Shown here piece by piece: positions 25,532 to 35,088 of a stretch of DNA of 64,000 nt. Position numbers and translations under genes: made by a program. The DNA is from Candidatus Poribacteria bacterium (GTDB lineage Bacteria; Poribacteria; WGA-4E; WGA-3G), in NCBI GenBank assembly GCA_963665235.2, contig CAXXLX010000001.1, positions 3,360,001-3,424,000 of the forward strand. Reading direction: 5' to 3'. Numbering within the stretch: the stretch's first letter is position 1; every line of letters starts with the position of its first letter. The notes beneath the pieces are model-generated. The model was not told where the DNA came from. It was given only the letters and a program-made list of their open reading frames with translations, and ran no database searches.

Positions 25532-28144
25532 ATGATAAAAAGATTACTGATTATATGTTGTCTGTTTACGGGTGTCATCGCTATCAACCGATACGCTTAT
25601 GCACAAGAGGTGTCAATACCCGACCCGAATTTGGCATCCGCAATACTGAAAACTTTTAATCTGCCACAAACGGCACCGATTACACAAGACTTGATGCAGG
25701 AATTAACAAAACTGACTGCACAACGGGCACAAATTAGCGATTTAACAGGGTTAGAGCATGCAACAAATTTGACCAATTTAAATCTAAATTCTAATCAAAT
25801 CAGGGACATTAACGCGCTCTCAAAATTGACGCAATTAAAGGTCTTGGCACTTGGGTCTAATCAAATAACCGATATTAGTCCCCTTGCAGGACTGACAGAA
25901 TTGCAGACTTTGTGGCTCAGCTCAAATCAAATACAAGGTATCAGTGCACTAATAGGGTTGACGCAATTAGAAAACCTATTCCTTGGATCCAATCGGATTA
26001 GTGACATCAGTCCTCTAATGGACTTAACTAAACTGGAGTATTTATCTCTCTTTTCAAACCAAATAAAGGATGTCAGTCCGCTCTCAGAATTGACACAATT
26101 AGAGGTATTATCCCTCATATCTAATGAAATCAGCGATCTCAGCTCACTTACAAGCTTAACGAATTTGTCGGAGTTGTATCTCAATAACAATAAAATTAGC
26201 GATCTTACACCGCTTGCCGGATTGACACAATTGAATAGTTTATGGCTTGGATTTAATCAAATTAGTGCGCTAAAACCACTTCGGGAGTTGACACAATTGG
26301 TGGAATTAGACCTTGAATCTAATCAAATTCGCTTCGTCAGCGCGCTAAGAGGATTGACAGAATTGGAAAGTTTATCACTTAGCTCCAATCAAATAAACAG
26401 CGTAATCTCGCTCCAAGCATTACCGAATTTAGAGGAATTATATATAGCGGACAACCCGATTTCAGATATTTTTCAAATCCATCAACTGATTGCTGCAGGA
26501 GTTGAGGTTGATTTTGAGACTTCAGTGCCGCACGAATCGCAAGTCGCGCTAACACGGATGGTATTCAATGAGATACGCAACGCCTCGGACGATAAAAACG
26601 ACTGGATAGAACTCAAAAATATCAGCAATCGAAACATTTCCCTCGCCGAATGGGATCTGAGCATTCTTACACGTCAAGGAACAGAGGTTGAGCCAGAGGT
26701 GTCTGTCGTAGAATTTCCTGATTATACACTGCCAGCAGGTCAAATTTTGTTGGTAGCGAACACCGAGCCGAGGGAGAACACACTGCTGCGGGGACAAAAC
26801 ATCGGAACGCCAAATATCAGAGACGGTGCACGACATCAATACCTTGTCGCTGAAAGACTCAAAATACCGAACACACAATATATGTTAATCTTGCGAAGCG
26901 AACAGGATAAAAACGACACACAAGAAGCAATTGAAGATGTCGCCGGAACGTATTTCTTTGACAAGCTCACAGCAGACCAACCCTTAGCACAGGGAACAGC
27001 GTGGCAGCGTGCAACAGTCCAGCATGTAGGCTATGCTGTTGAGGCGTGGCGTGAAAGTGGGTATCAAGGTGGGGTTGGTTATCAGCCGAAAGCACCTGAA
27101 GCAACAAGCCCCGGCACCCCCGGTTACCCCAATAGTCTGCTACTGAATCAAAAATACACCGGGCAGATAAGCATCAGCGAGGTCATGTTCACTAACACAA
27201 TCGGTAACCGAACGGTACCCCAATGGATAGAACTTTACAACAACTCCACAACGGAGACAGTGAATCTCAGTGACTGGAAGATAACAATTGAGACCCGAGA
27301 AGGGAAAAGACATCGAAATGCAATTCTCACATTTAAGGATTTGAGAATCTTGCCGAATCAGACAGTGCTTTTAGTATCAGGAACAGCTGCAAAATCTAGC
27401 AATTTACCAGAGGGACGAATCTACAATCTTATTGTTCGACATCCTGCGGAAATTGTGTTTACGTTCGGGGGTAATAATGTGTTGAGTCCGGACGGTTTTT
27501 TCTTGGAGCTGTCAACACCGGATGGGAATGTGGTTGATACGGTTGGAAATCTTGACGGTGATAGCGAAACGCAGGACACTCCCTTATGGGAATTACCTTC
27601 TGGAGCAACGGAGAATGGGGCGCGCAGTTCTATACTGAGACGTTATAATCGCGAAACACGGATACCACTTATAGGTACAGAGGCGGCAAGTTGGCGGAGC
27701 GCGACAGAGGCCAAACTCGGTAAATCTACTTACTACGGAAATCAGACAGATATAGGCAGCCCTGGTTATACACCGGGCGGTGTGTTACCTGTTACCCTAT
27801 CCTCTTTCAACGTAGAACGGACAGATGGAGGGGTTGTCATCAAATGGACAACCGAATCCGAGATTGAAAACGCAGGATTCAATATCCTACGCAGTGAAAC
27901 AACAAACGGCAAATTCAAGGTTATCAATCCTACGATGATTCAGGGGGCTGGCACAACGGGGGAACGGAATGATTATAGATGGACAGATACCACCGCTAAA
28001 CTGAATGTCGTTTACTATTATCGGATAGAAGATGTATCATATTCGGGTGTTCATAAGCAGTTAGCAACCGTTCGGCTGAGAGGACTTGTGTCTGCCAAAG
28101 GTAAACTCACAACCCATTGGGCAAAAATGAAAATCCACGACTAA
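25532..28144 (+). CDS. secreted LRR + lamin-tail-domain protein
   Basis: Signal peptide AYA|Q; IPDPNLA cap and ~11 LRRs; two LTD-like domains (FNEI..DWIELKN; ISEVM..QWIELYN); LPVTLSSF domain; terminal GKLTTHWAKMK. Confidence 0.85.
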   Translation: MIKRLLIICCLFTGVIAINRYAYAQEVSIPDPNLASAILKTFNLPQTAPITQDLMQELTKLTAQRAQISDLTGLEHATNLTNLNLNSNQIRDINALSKLTQLKVLALGSNQITDISPLAGLTELQTLWLSSNQIQGISALIGLTQLENLFLGSNRISDISPLMDLTKLEYLSLFSNQIKDVSPLSELTQLEVLSLISNEISDLSSLTSLTNLSELYLNNNKISDLTPLAGLTQLNSLWLGFNQISALKPLRELTQLVELDLESNQIRFVSALRGLTELESLSLSSNQINSVISLQALPNLEELYIADNPISDIFQIHQLIAAGVEVDFETSVPHESQVALTRMVFNEIRNASDDKNDWIELKNISNRNISLAEWDLSILTRQGTEVEPEVSVVEFPDYTLPAGQILLVANTEPRENTLLRGQNIGTPNIRDGARHQYLVAERLKIPNTQYMLILRSEQDKNDTQEAIEDVAGTYFFDKLTADQPLAQGTAWQRATVQHVGYAVEAWRESGYQGGVGYQPKAPEATSPGTPGYPNSLLLNQKYTGQISISEVMFTNTIGNRTVPQWIELYNNSTTETVNLSDWKITIETREGKRHRNAILTFKDLRILPNQTVLLVSGTAAKSSNLPEGRIYNLIVRHPAEIVFTFGGNNVLSPDGFFLELSTPDGNVVDTVGNLDGDSETQDTPLWELPSGATENGARSSILRRYNRETRIPLIGTEAASWRSATEAKLGKSTYYGNQTDIGSPGYTPGGVLPVTLSSFNVERTDGGVVIKWTTESEIENAGFNILRSETTNGKFKVINPTMIQGAGTTGERNDYRWTDTTAKLNVVYYYRIEDVSYSGVHKQLATVRLRGLVSAKGKLTTHWAKMKIHD

Positions 28145-28165
28145 ATTCCAATTTTTCCCGCATCT

Positions 28166-28900
28166 TCACGGACTATTCCGGCGCATGATGCTCAGAATTT
28201 GCCCCGTCATCCCGCTGGCGGGAGGTTGCGTAGCGAGGAAAAGTGCCGAGGCCACAACCTGCTCCGGCTCCTTCCACGGGTCGCTTTTTGCCCTAAAATT
28301 ACCGGTATTTTCCCAAGCAGGTTTAGAGAGCTCCGTTTTGACAGGCCCGGGTATCAGCACATTAGCAATAATACCGTCCTGCCACACCTCCTCCGCAATC
28401 GCTTGCGTCAATCCGTGCAAAGCTGCCTTTGACGCACAGTAGATGCTGAGGTTCGCATGCCCCACCTGTCCCATCCCGGAACCGATGTTGATGATATTTC
28501 CGCTGCCCTGCTCCTGCATTATAGGCAGAACTGCTCGACAACAGTAGACAACCCCCATAACATTAACCTGCCATCCCTGTTCCCACTCTTCATCGGTTGT
28601 GTCTAAAAACAGGCCTCTCGGATTGATGCCCGCGTTATTGACGAGAATATCTATCTGTCCGAACCTGTCCACCGTTGTTTGGACAAGATGTTCCACTTCA
28701 GAACGTATTCGCAAATCGGTTTTCACTGCAAGAGCTTCGCCACCCTGCTCAGCGATTGCTGTAGCAACCGCGTCGAGTTGCTCAATACTGCGGGCAGCAA
28801 TAACGACCTTCGCGCCTTCCGCAGCGTAAGCAGTTGCGATAGCTTTACCGATACCGCGTCCCCCGCCTGTGATAATAGCCACTTTATCTTTAAGTTGCAT
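28166..28900 (-). CDS. SDR family oxidoreductase
   Basis: TGGGRGIG, NNAG, YCASK. Confidence 0.92.
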   Translation of the reverse strand: MQLKDKVAIITGGGRGIGKAIATAYAAEGAKVVIAARSIEQLDAVATAIAEQGGEALAVKTDLRIRSEVEHLVQTTVDRFGQIDILVNNAGINPRGLFLDTTDEEWEQGWQVNVMGVVYCCRAVLPIMQEQGSGNIINIGSGMGQVGHANLSIYCASKAALHGLTQAIAEEVWQDGIIANVLIPGPVKTELSKPAWENTGNFRAKSDPWKEPEQVVASALFLATQPPASGMTGQILSIMRRNSP

Positions 28901-28933
28901 AGTTAATTCTTTCCGATTTCATTGAAGAATATG

Positions 28934-29758
28934 TTATGAACGTTTTGGGCGGTTCCACATATTCATCAGCCGTGTTAGCTGGGCTTGCCCCGACCTGACT
29001 TTTCGTTCCAAATTTTTAGCGAGATGCGTTAGCAGGTCGACCCCGTTTGTCTTTGCATCCTCTACCTGTTGTTTAAGTTGATAGGTACGTCCCGACTTGA
29101 GCCGGCTTATCTCTAGACGCAATTCACTTGCTGCGCGGTTTAGGTTTCGCAGTTCAACCTGTAGTTTTGCATATTTTTCGGTACCCGTTTCGTCCGGCGA
29201 CATTGCGGCGACAGCTTCTCCGATGCTTAACCGCTCTAGAATTTGAATATCCTGTTCCTGATATGCGCGATTGATGAGCGGCATCAGCTCTTCTCGCCTT
29301 TGCTGCTCATCCGTATCCGCACTTTTATCTGGGTGGTATCGCTTGGCGAGCTTTCGGTAGAGCGTTTGCAAATATTTTGCCTTTTCCTCCGGAAGTTCGG
29401 GCTCTTCAGGTTTTGGGGCTTCCTCCGCCTTTTCTTCATAAGCTGCGAGGCGGGCACGATTTACTCGGAAACAAGATTCCACGCGCGCCTCTATCTCCGC
29501 CTCATTCACCGCCTCTCGGCGCAGTTGTAATCGGAGCTGGTACTCCTTAGTTTCAAGTTCAACCTTATCCAATTCCTTGTAATAGTGTCCGATATGTGCA
29601 TTGTAGCGGTGCTGAAACAGGTCAACTTCCGCCTTGAGATGCTCCCTGGTCACGGTGAGCTCTTCCACCTGTCCCCGTTTTGCTTCAATAGCCTCCACTA
29701 GCAGGCGTGTCTCTTTTTCATTGTTGCTATTGATATAAACTAAGGTCTCAGGTTTCAT
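28934..29758 (-). CDS. coiled-coil protein with internal J-domain
   Basis: LYRKLAKRYHPDK...INRAY flanked by coiled coils. Confidence 0.8.
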   Translation of the reverse strand: MKPETLVYINSNNEKETRLLVEAIEAKRGQVEELTVTREHLKAEVDLFQHRYNAHIGHYYKELDKVELETKEYQLRLQLRREAVNEAEIEARVESCFRVNRARLAAYEEKAEEAPKPEEPELPEEKAKYLQTLYRKLAKRYHPDKSADTDEQQRREELMPLINRAYQEQDIQILERLSIGEAVAAMSPDETGTEKYAKLQVELRNLNRAASELRLEISRLKSGRTYQLKQQVEDAKTNGVDLLTHLAKNLERKVRSGQAQLTRLMNMWNRPKRS

Positions 29759-29779
29759 CAGTTTTTCTCATGTCTATCT

Positions 29780-29875
29780 GCACCCTCTAGTGACGGACTG
29801 AGCTTAACGGTTCAACGGAGGTATCGATTCAACGGAATAGCGCGCGGTGTGCGCGCCGACCGTCTCTAAAGGTGC
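29780..29875. other. 96-nt structured intergenic element (long closing stem plus inner GC hairpin); MITE or structured RNA
   Basis: GCACCCTCTAGTGACGG (29780-29796) pairs with CCGTCTCTAAAGGTGC (29860-29875); inner GCGCGC-GGTGT-GCGCGC. Confidence 0.55.
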
Positions 29876-29877
29876 TA

Positions 29878-30258
29878 TCACCTATCTTTACGGGAATACA
29901 CTACCCAGGTAATCCGGCCCCGTGTTAGGTCATAGGGGGATAGTTCCACGTGTACCTTATCGCCCGGCAACACTCTGATGAAAAACTTTCGGAGTCTACC
30001 GGAGATATGCGCGAGAATCAGATGCTTATTTTCCAGCTCTACGCGGAACATTGCGTTCGGCAAGGGCTCAACGACGATTCCCTCGACGACAATTTTATCG
30101 CCTTTAGAGGGGGCACGTGGCGATTCTGACGTTTCGGCATCATTATTGTTATCGAGATTTTCCTGTCGATCTTTCGGTCGTGAATTCCGTTTTGAGCGAT
30201 TTGGGTTATTCTGTCGCTTCCGCGACTTTCGGTTATTTCCTGAGGGTCTGCGATTCAA
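29878..30258 (-). CDS. infA: translation initiation factor IF-1 with ~50-aa N-terminal extension
   Basis: [56 protein letters not shown]; AAGGAG SD 8 nt before the TTG at 30258. Confidence 0.92.
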   Translation of the reverse strand: MNRRPSGNNRKSRKRQNNPNRSKRNSRPKDRQENLDNNNDAETSESPRAPSKGDKIVVEGIVVEPLPNAMFRVELENKHLILAHISGRLRKFFIRVLPGDKVHVELSPYDLTRGRITWVVYSRKDR

Positions 30259-30291
30259 AATAGAGTCTCCTTTGTTAAAGGTTACAGTTTT

Positions 30292-30328
30292 GTAGAGGCG
30301 GCTTATACGTGCTAAGCTGCGCGTCTAC
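30292..30328. terminator. hairpin between cinA-like gene and infA (terminator or REP remnant)
   Basis: GTAGAGGCGGCTTA...TAAGCTGCGCGTCTAC imperfect inverted repeat; no U-tract on the coding strand. Confidence 0.35.
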
Positions 30329-30331
30329 CTG

Positions 30332-31126
30332 CTAAGTTTGTGCTTCTGCACTAAAATATTTCCCGGCACTGACAACAAGTTCACCGAAATAATCGGTTGC
30401 AAGTTTCAACTCCTTTTCCGCATCCGCTTTATCGGCACTTGTTGAAACCAGGTCAACGGGCATTGTGTTTTTCTCCGCATCGCGAAGGGAAACATAAGCC
30501 TTTAAATAAACGTTTGGATGGCGTTCCATCACCTTCTGCATCAGAGGTGAAACCTCCGCCTCAAACATACTCACATAAACACGCACAGTGATAATTTCTG
30601 CGCGATACCGTTCGGCAATCAAAGGTTGAATATGTGTTTCAAAGATTGCCTTCATTTCACGCGGGGGGCCCGGCATTAACATGAGTGTAGATTGTTTATA
30701 AGCAACACTAATGCAAGGTGCCCACCCTGCTGGATTCTGAAGTACTTCCGCTGTTTCTGGCACGGTAGCCATTTTGGTGAGTGCTTCATTGAGCACGTCG
30801 TTATCGGACATATCGCGGCGTTTCCGAAATTCCGCGATAGTCTCTTCGCTTACAACCGGTTTTTTCCCGATAAGCGATGCGACAACCGCCACGGTCATGT
30901 CGTCCGGTGTCGGCCCGAGGCCGCCTGTTGTGAGGATAAGCGACGTTTCCCGCGCAATTGCGGACTGCAACGCCTCATGCATCTCCTCAAAATCGTCGCG
31001 CAGCATGGTTACCCGCCGCAATTCCCCGCCGTGCTGAAGAATTTGTTGTGCTATCCAATGGGCATTGGTATCCTGAATCTGCCCAAGGACTAACTCGGTT
31101 CCGATTGAAAATAGTTCAATTGCCAC
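30332..31126 (-). CDS. CinA N-terminal (molybdopterin-binding-like) protein
   Basis: IGTELVLGQIQDTNA, TGGLGPTPDDMT, NPAGWAP, MPGPPREM; likely GTG start at 31126 with AAGGAG SD; no PncC domain. Confidence 0.85.
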   Translation of the reverse strand: MAIELFSIGTELVLGQIQDTNAHWIAQQILQHGGELRRVTMLRDDFEEMHEALQSAIARETSLILTTGGLGPTPDDMTVAVVASLIGKKPVVSEETIAEFRKRRDMSDNDVLNEALTKMATVPETAEVLQNPAGWAPCISVAYKQSTLMLMPGPPREMKAIFETHIQPLIAERYRAEIITVRVYVSMFEAEVSPLMQKVMERHPNVYLKAYVSLRDAEKNTMPVDLVSTSADKADAEKELKLATDYFGELVVSAGKYFSAEAQT

Positions 31127-31139
31127 TATCGTCTCCTTC

Positions 31140-32180
31140 TTACAAAACCCGCTTGAGGAATTGAAACGCACCAACCCCGTGAAAACGGTGGTCTGCGTCA
31201 AACGCCTCAAATCCTAATTTATCATCAGCACCGAAAACCTTAAAAATTGCTTTCGCTTGGTCCACTGCGAATCGGGTCGCTTCAATCGGGAAGATAGTAT
31301 CCTCGGTACCGGACTCAACAAACAGGGCGCGCGGGGCAATCAGCCCGGCGATATCGTACATCTCCGCATATTTTAACACATTCGGTATGTAATTGTCTAT
31401 ACAGTGGCTAATACTCAGGATGCTATCTCTGAATGTGTTGAAATAGCCGCTGACAACAGCCGCTTTGACGCGTCTATCGGTGGCTGCGGTGAAAAACGTT
31501 GTTGTGCCACCGCCAGAAATTCCCATGACCGCAAGTCGGTTCATATCAATCTCTGGGCGCGTTGCCAAATAGTCCAGGGCACGCATTGCATCGTAAACCC
31601 GCCACCCGACCATCGTGTGCCCGAGGAGTAGGGCTGCCCCTGCGCTCGGTTGACATGAGGAGCTCCCCGCGCCTCTCTGGCATGCCAAGGTATCGCGCCG
31701 ATGTCCAAACCCGAACTGTTCAATAGCAAGCACAGCGTATCCGTGTTCCAGGCATTGCAGCGCGAAATCGTTCTGATACCCGCCGAATTCCGACCGCATC
31801 GACCCATCTTCCGCAATACCGACAATATCATCTACCCCCCTACCGTGTCCTGCTAAACAGAGCACCGCTGGGCTCGGCACTGCGGCATCAAAACCCTTCG
31901 GAAAGAGTAGATAGCCAAAGACCGACATAGATGGACGGCTCTGAAACTGCACCGTTTCACGGATATAGGTCCGAAACTCGTCGGACGCTAACACCTGCGG
32001 TTGTAGGTCGCACGGCTTTTGAGGAAACCCACCCATCAATTCTATCAATTTGGCACGAAGTGTGTCCTGCCACCGTAGTGCCTCTGATAGCGTTGTCGCC
32101 CGGAATTCCAGTTCGCGAGGTGTCCCTGCGTATAACAGATGCGAAAATTCTAACGTGTCTCGATATTGCTCCTGGTGCAT
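31140..32180 (-). CDS. alpha/beta hydrolase (dienelactone hydrolase / acetyl xylan esterase-like)
   Basis: GISGGG nucleophile elbow, HCIDNYIP, DTIFP, HRF. Confidence 0.85.
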   Translation of the reverse strand: MHQEQYRDTLEFSHLLYAGTPRELEFRATTLSEALRWQDTLRAKLIELMGGFPQKPCDLQPQVLASDEFRTYIRETVQFQSRPSMSVFGYLLFPKGFDAAVPSPAVLCLAGHGRGVDDIVGIAEDGSMRSEFGGYQNDFALQCLEHGYAVLAIEQFGFGHRRDTLACQRGAGSSSCQPSAGAALLLGHTMVGWRVYDAMRALDYLATRPEIDMNRLAVMGISGGGTTTFFTAATDRRVKAAVVSGYFNTFRDSILSISHCIDNYIPNVLKYAEMYDIAGLIAPRALFVESGTEDTIFPIEATRFAVDQAKAIFKVFGADDKLGFEAFDADHRFHGVGAFQFLKRVL

Positions 32181-32192
32181 CTTTTTCCCTCT

Positions 32193-33461
32193 TTACCGGT
32201 TCAACAGATTTAAAACGAACCCGGTCGCCATTTTCGGATAAAAGTAGGTCGATTTCTGTGGCATCGTCAAACCTGCCATCGCCACCTCCAAAACTTGGTC
32301 AACGGGGGTCGGATTCATAAGCACTGCGAGGCGGTCTGCCCCGCCTTTCACGTGTGCAACAGCATCATCCGTATAAGCCGTATAACTAATATGGTCAGCC
32401 ACCGCTTCAATCTGAAAAAGTTCTTTAATGAGCGTGTTTTGAACGATTGTTACGTCTAACTTCTCATAAGCTGTCGCCGTTGTCGGCAGACGCGGTATCA
32501 ATAAACGGCAGGTATTGTCCGCTGTATACATCCCGATTGCAGGCGATTTCCCTCTCAGTGTATCCAGCTTTTGCATCAGATGTGAGACCGTGTCGAATTC
32601 CTGAACGTCGAACCGTTCTGGCAGTTCGGCAACAACGCGGTCAATCTGTTCCGCCTTAATATTACGGAGCAATCTATGGATAGCCAGAACTGCTAACCCC
32701 GGTGATTCCATTCTAACGAGATTCATCATCATATAGTCGTAGCCTGTCGTGTGCTGAGCGTTAGCGTGCATCTCATCCTGGAAGGCGAGAGCCGTTTCGT
32801 ATCGATGATGTCCATCAGCAATTAGGAGTGGTTTAGATGAGAACAACGTTTGAATTTCGCTATTGCGTGCGGTATCATTTAGACACCACAGGCTGTGTGT
32901 GCTTCCGAAAATTTCGGGGGTCTGCATCAACGGTTTATGTGTGTTCGTGAAAGATTCCATCACCTGTTCAATGTCGCCTTCGGGGTCGGCATAGAGGAGA
33001 AAAATAGGGCTGAGGTTGGCGTGACACTCCCGCATCAGATTGAGCCGGTCCGCCTTCGGGCCCGCGTGTGTCTTCTCATGCGGCAATATAACGCGGTTTT
33101 CAAAGGGCTCCAATTTACCAAGGGCAATCAGGGCGCGACGTGTGTAACGTTTACCATCTGGGGCATCGAACGTCTGGTCGTAGATATAATAACAGGGAGT
33201 AGTATCCTGTATGAAGGTTTCGTCCGAAATCCACTGGTTCATCAGTGCCGCTGCGCGGGTATACTGATTTGTCGTGTCAGTATCGTCATCGCGTGGCTGG
33301 CTTAGAATTAAGTGGATAATGTTGGCGGGATGATGCATTTCCAGAGCGCGCCGCTCTTCCGGTTTAATAACGTCGTAAGGCGGCGCAATAACATCCGCAA
33401 TATCATCTATCTGCTCCAAATTGTAACGTAGACCACAAAACGGTATAACTGTCGTTTCCAT
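32193..33461 (-). CDS. DUF1015 family protein
   Basis: APPYDVI, PHEKT, IADGHHRYETA, MPQKSTYFYPK. Confidence 0.9.
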   Translation of the reverse strand: METTVIPFCGLRYNLEQIDDIADVIAPPYDVIKPEERRALEMHHPANIIHLILSQPRDDDTDTTNQYTRAAALMNQWISDETFIQDTTPCYYIYDQTFDAPDGKRYTRRALIALGKLEPFENRVILPHEKTHAGPKADRLNLMRECHANLSPIFLLYADPEGDIEQVMESFTNTHKPLMQTPEIFGSTHSLWCLNDTARNSEIQTLFSSKPLLIADGHHRYETALAFQDEMHANAQHTTGYDYMMMNLVRMESPGLAVLAIHRLLRNIKAEQIDRVVAELPERFDVQEFDTVSHLMQKLDTLRGKSPAIGMYTADNTCRLLIPRLPTTATAYEKLDVTIVQNTLIKELFQIEAVADHISYTAYTDDAVAHVKGGADRLAVLMNPTPVDQVLEVAMAGLTMPQKSTYFYPKMATGFVLNLLNR

Positions 33462-33488
33462 AAAACTCCTTAATTTCGGGGGTGATAC

Positions 33489-34427
33489 CTATAAAACGTC
33501 CCACAATCTTGTGCTAAAATAACGTTCCCCTAGGTCGTTAAACACCGTGACGATAACCCCTTCTTGAATCTGTTGGGCGACTTTGTATGCCCCGTAAAGA
33601 TAGCCACCGGAGGATTGGCCCACAAACCATCCGCGTTGCGCGAGCCTGCTGCACATGTCATGCGCGTCTTCAATAGTAGCCGGAATTCGGCAATCAATTA
33701 CGGTTTGGTCCAGAATTTCTGGGACAATTTCATCCGGATGATAGCCAAGCGGTTTTAGTCCCTCAATTCCTGGGAACTCCTCCGGTGCGATAGAGCAGAC
33801 CTGAATATCCGGGTTGTAGTCTTTGAGCCGCCGGCCGACCCCGGTAATAGTCCCGCCTGTTCCGACTCCTGCAACGAAGTGTGTAACCTTTCCAGCGGTT
33901 TGTTTCCAGATTTCCACCCCGGTGGTATCGTAATGTGCACGCCAATTGTTTTCATTTTCGTATTGCGATTTGAAAAAATAGTTATCCGGTTGTGCTTTGT
34001 ATCGCCGTTCAACCTCTCGCAACGCCTCATCGTAACCGAGGAGGGCATCGGTATAGATAACCTGCGCCCCGTGTGACTGGATTCGCAGTTTTCGCTCTTC
34101 ACTGGCGTTATTTGGAATGACAAGTTCAACCTGATAACCGAGTGCTGCGCCAATCATCGCGTAGGCGATGCCCGCGTTGCCCGAACTTGAATCTAAGATA
34201 ACCTTTTCCCGTGTGAGCTCCCCCGATGCGATTGCTTCAGTTAGCATTCGTAAAATCGGTCTGTCTTTGATGGAGCCACCGGGATTATAGGTTTCCACTT
34301 TCGCATAGAGCTCAACCTTCGGTAGCTCGTCAGCAAAGAGGTCAATTTTGGCAAGCGGTGTGTTTCCAATCAGTTGAAGCAGTGGATATTCTGAAAGATT
34401 CACCGTTTCAATCGTTTGATTGCTCAT
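33489..34427 (-). CDS. cysteine synthase family PLP enzyme (CysM-like)
   Basis: NPGGSIKDR, SSSGNAG, GVGTGGT, GQSSG, DLGERYFS. Confidence 0.9.
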   Translation of the reverse strand: MSNQTIETVNLSEYPLLQLIGNTPLAKIDLFADELPKVELYAKVETYNPGGSIKDRPILRMLTEAIASGELTREKVILDSSSGNAGIAYAMIGAALGYQVELVIPNNASEERKLRIQSHGAQVIYTDALLGYDEALREVERRYKAQPDNYFFKSQYENENNWRAHYDTTGVEIWKQTAGKVTHFVAGVGTGGTITGVGRRLKDYNPDIQVCSIAPEEFPGIEGLKPLGYHPDEIVPEILDQTVIDCRIPATIEDAHDMCSRLAQRGWFVGQSSGGYLYGAYKVAQQIQEGVIVTVFNDLGERYFSTRLWDVL

Positions 34428-34459
34428 GTAGCGTTATTTCCCCTACCTTTTCTATGATT

Positions 34460-35065
34460 TTATTTGAGCCGCTTCTGGAGCAACTGTTCCATGTAAGCTT
34501 TCGCTGCGTTTCCCGTTAGGTCCCCCTTAAGAATAGGCGCGACCTCAAATTCAGAGAGTCTGAGCGTTGGGTTCAGCCCGTGTCGGGGGGGCAACCAATC
34601 CCGAAATGTATCAAAAAAAGCGCGTTGCGCCGCACGGCCATTCACATAAGGAAAATCTGCCGTGCGGCGACGAAAACGAGCTGGCCCCTTTGCGAGTGCT
34701 GCAACGTGGTACTGTTGGCAAAACCTTTGATATTTCTCCACGGAATACGCAAGCGGTGTCCCTTCCGGATAAAACGCAAAGGTCCGCTCCCGAAATCGTG
34801 TGAAGTGCTGCAATTCATCAAACTCAAAGATGAAGTGATACGGTTCCGGAAAATAGGCATCGGGGGTTAGGTAACCATCCGCTTTCGCTGTTGTCCCCGC
34901 CCAATCCCCTTTGAGCTCCGCGTAGAGTGCCATCAGCACATCGTACGAGTCCCCAAAATGTTCTGGATACGGTTTGTTCCGTAACCACTCAAATTGGGCG
35001 CGCCGCGCGGCGGGGGTTGCCAAAACCTCTTCTACCAATGCGATAATACCAACTTCTAGCCGCAT
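34460..35065 (-). CDS. hypothetical protein, possible PD-(D/E)xK-like nuclease fold
   Basis: PDAYF...IFEFDELQHF and QRAFFD..RD resemble Vsr/DUF559-like endonuclease motifs. Confidence 0.5.
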   Translation of the reverse strand: MRLEVGIIALVEEVLATPAARRAQFEWLRNKPYPEHFGDSYDVLMALYAELKGDWAGTTAKADGYLTPDAYFPEPYHFIFEFDELQHFTRFRERTFAFYPEGTPLAYSVEKYQRFCQQYHVAALAKGPARFRRRTADFPYVNGRAAQRAFFDTFRDWLPPRHGLNPTLRLSEFEVAPILKGDLTGNAAKAYMEQLLQKRLK

Positions 35066-35088
35066 AGGGCAAACGAACCGATGCTGCT

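Noticed and set aside
29780-29875. tRNA (e.g. tRNA-Sec) or SRP RNA
   Set aside because: No convincing cloverleaf, CCA end or SRP GGAA-loop motif.
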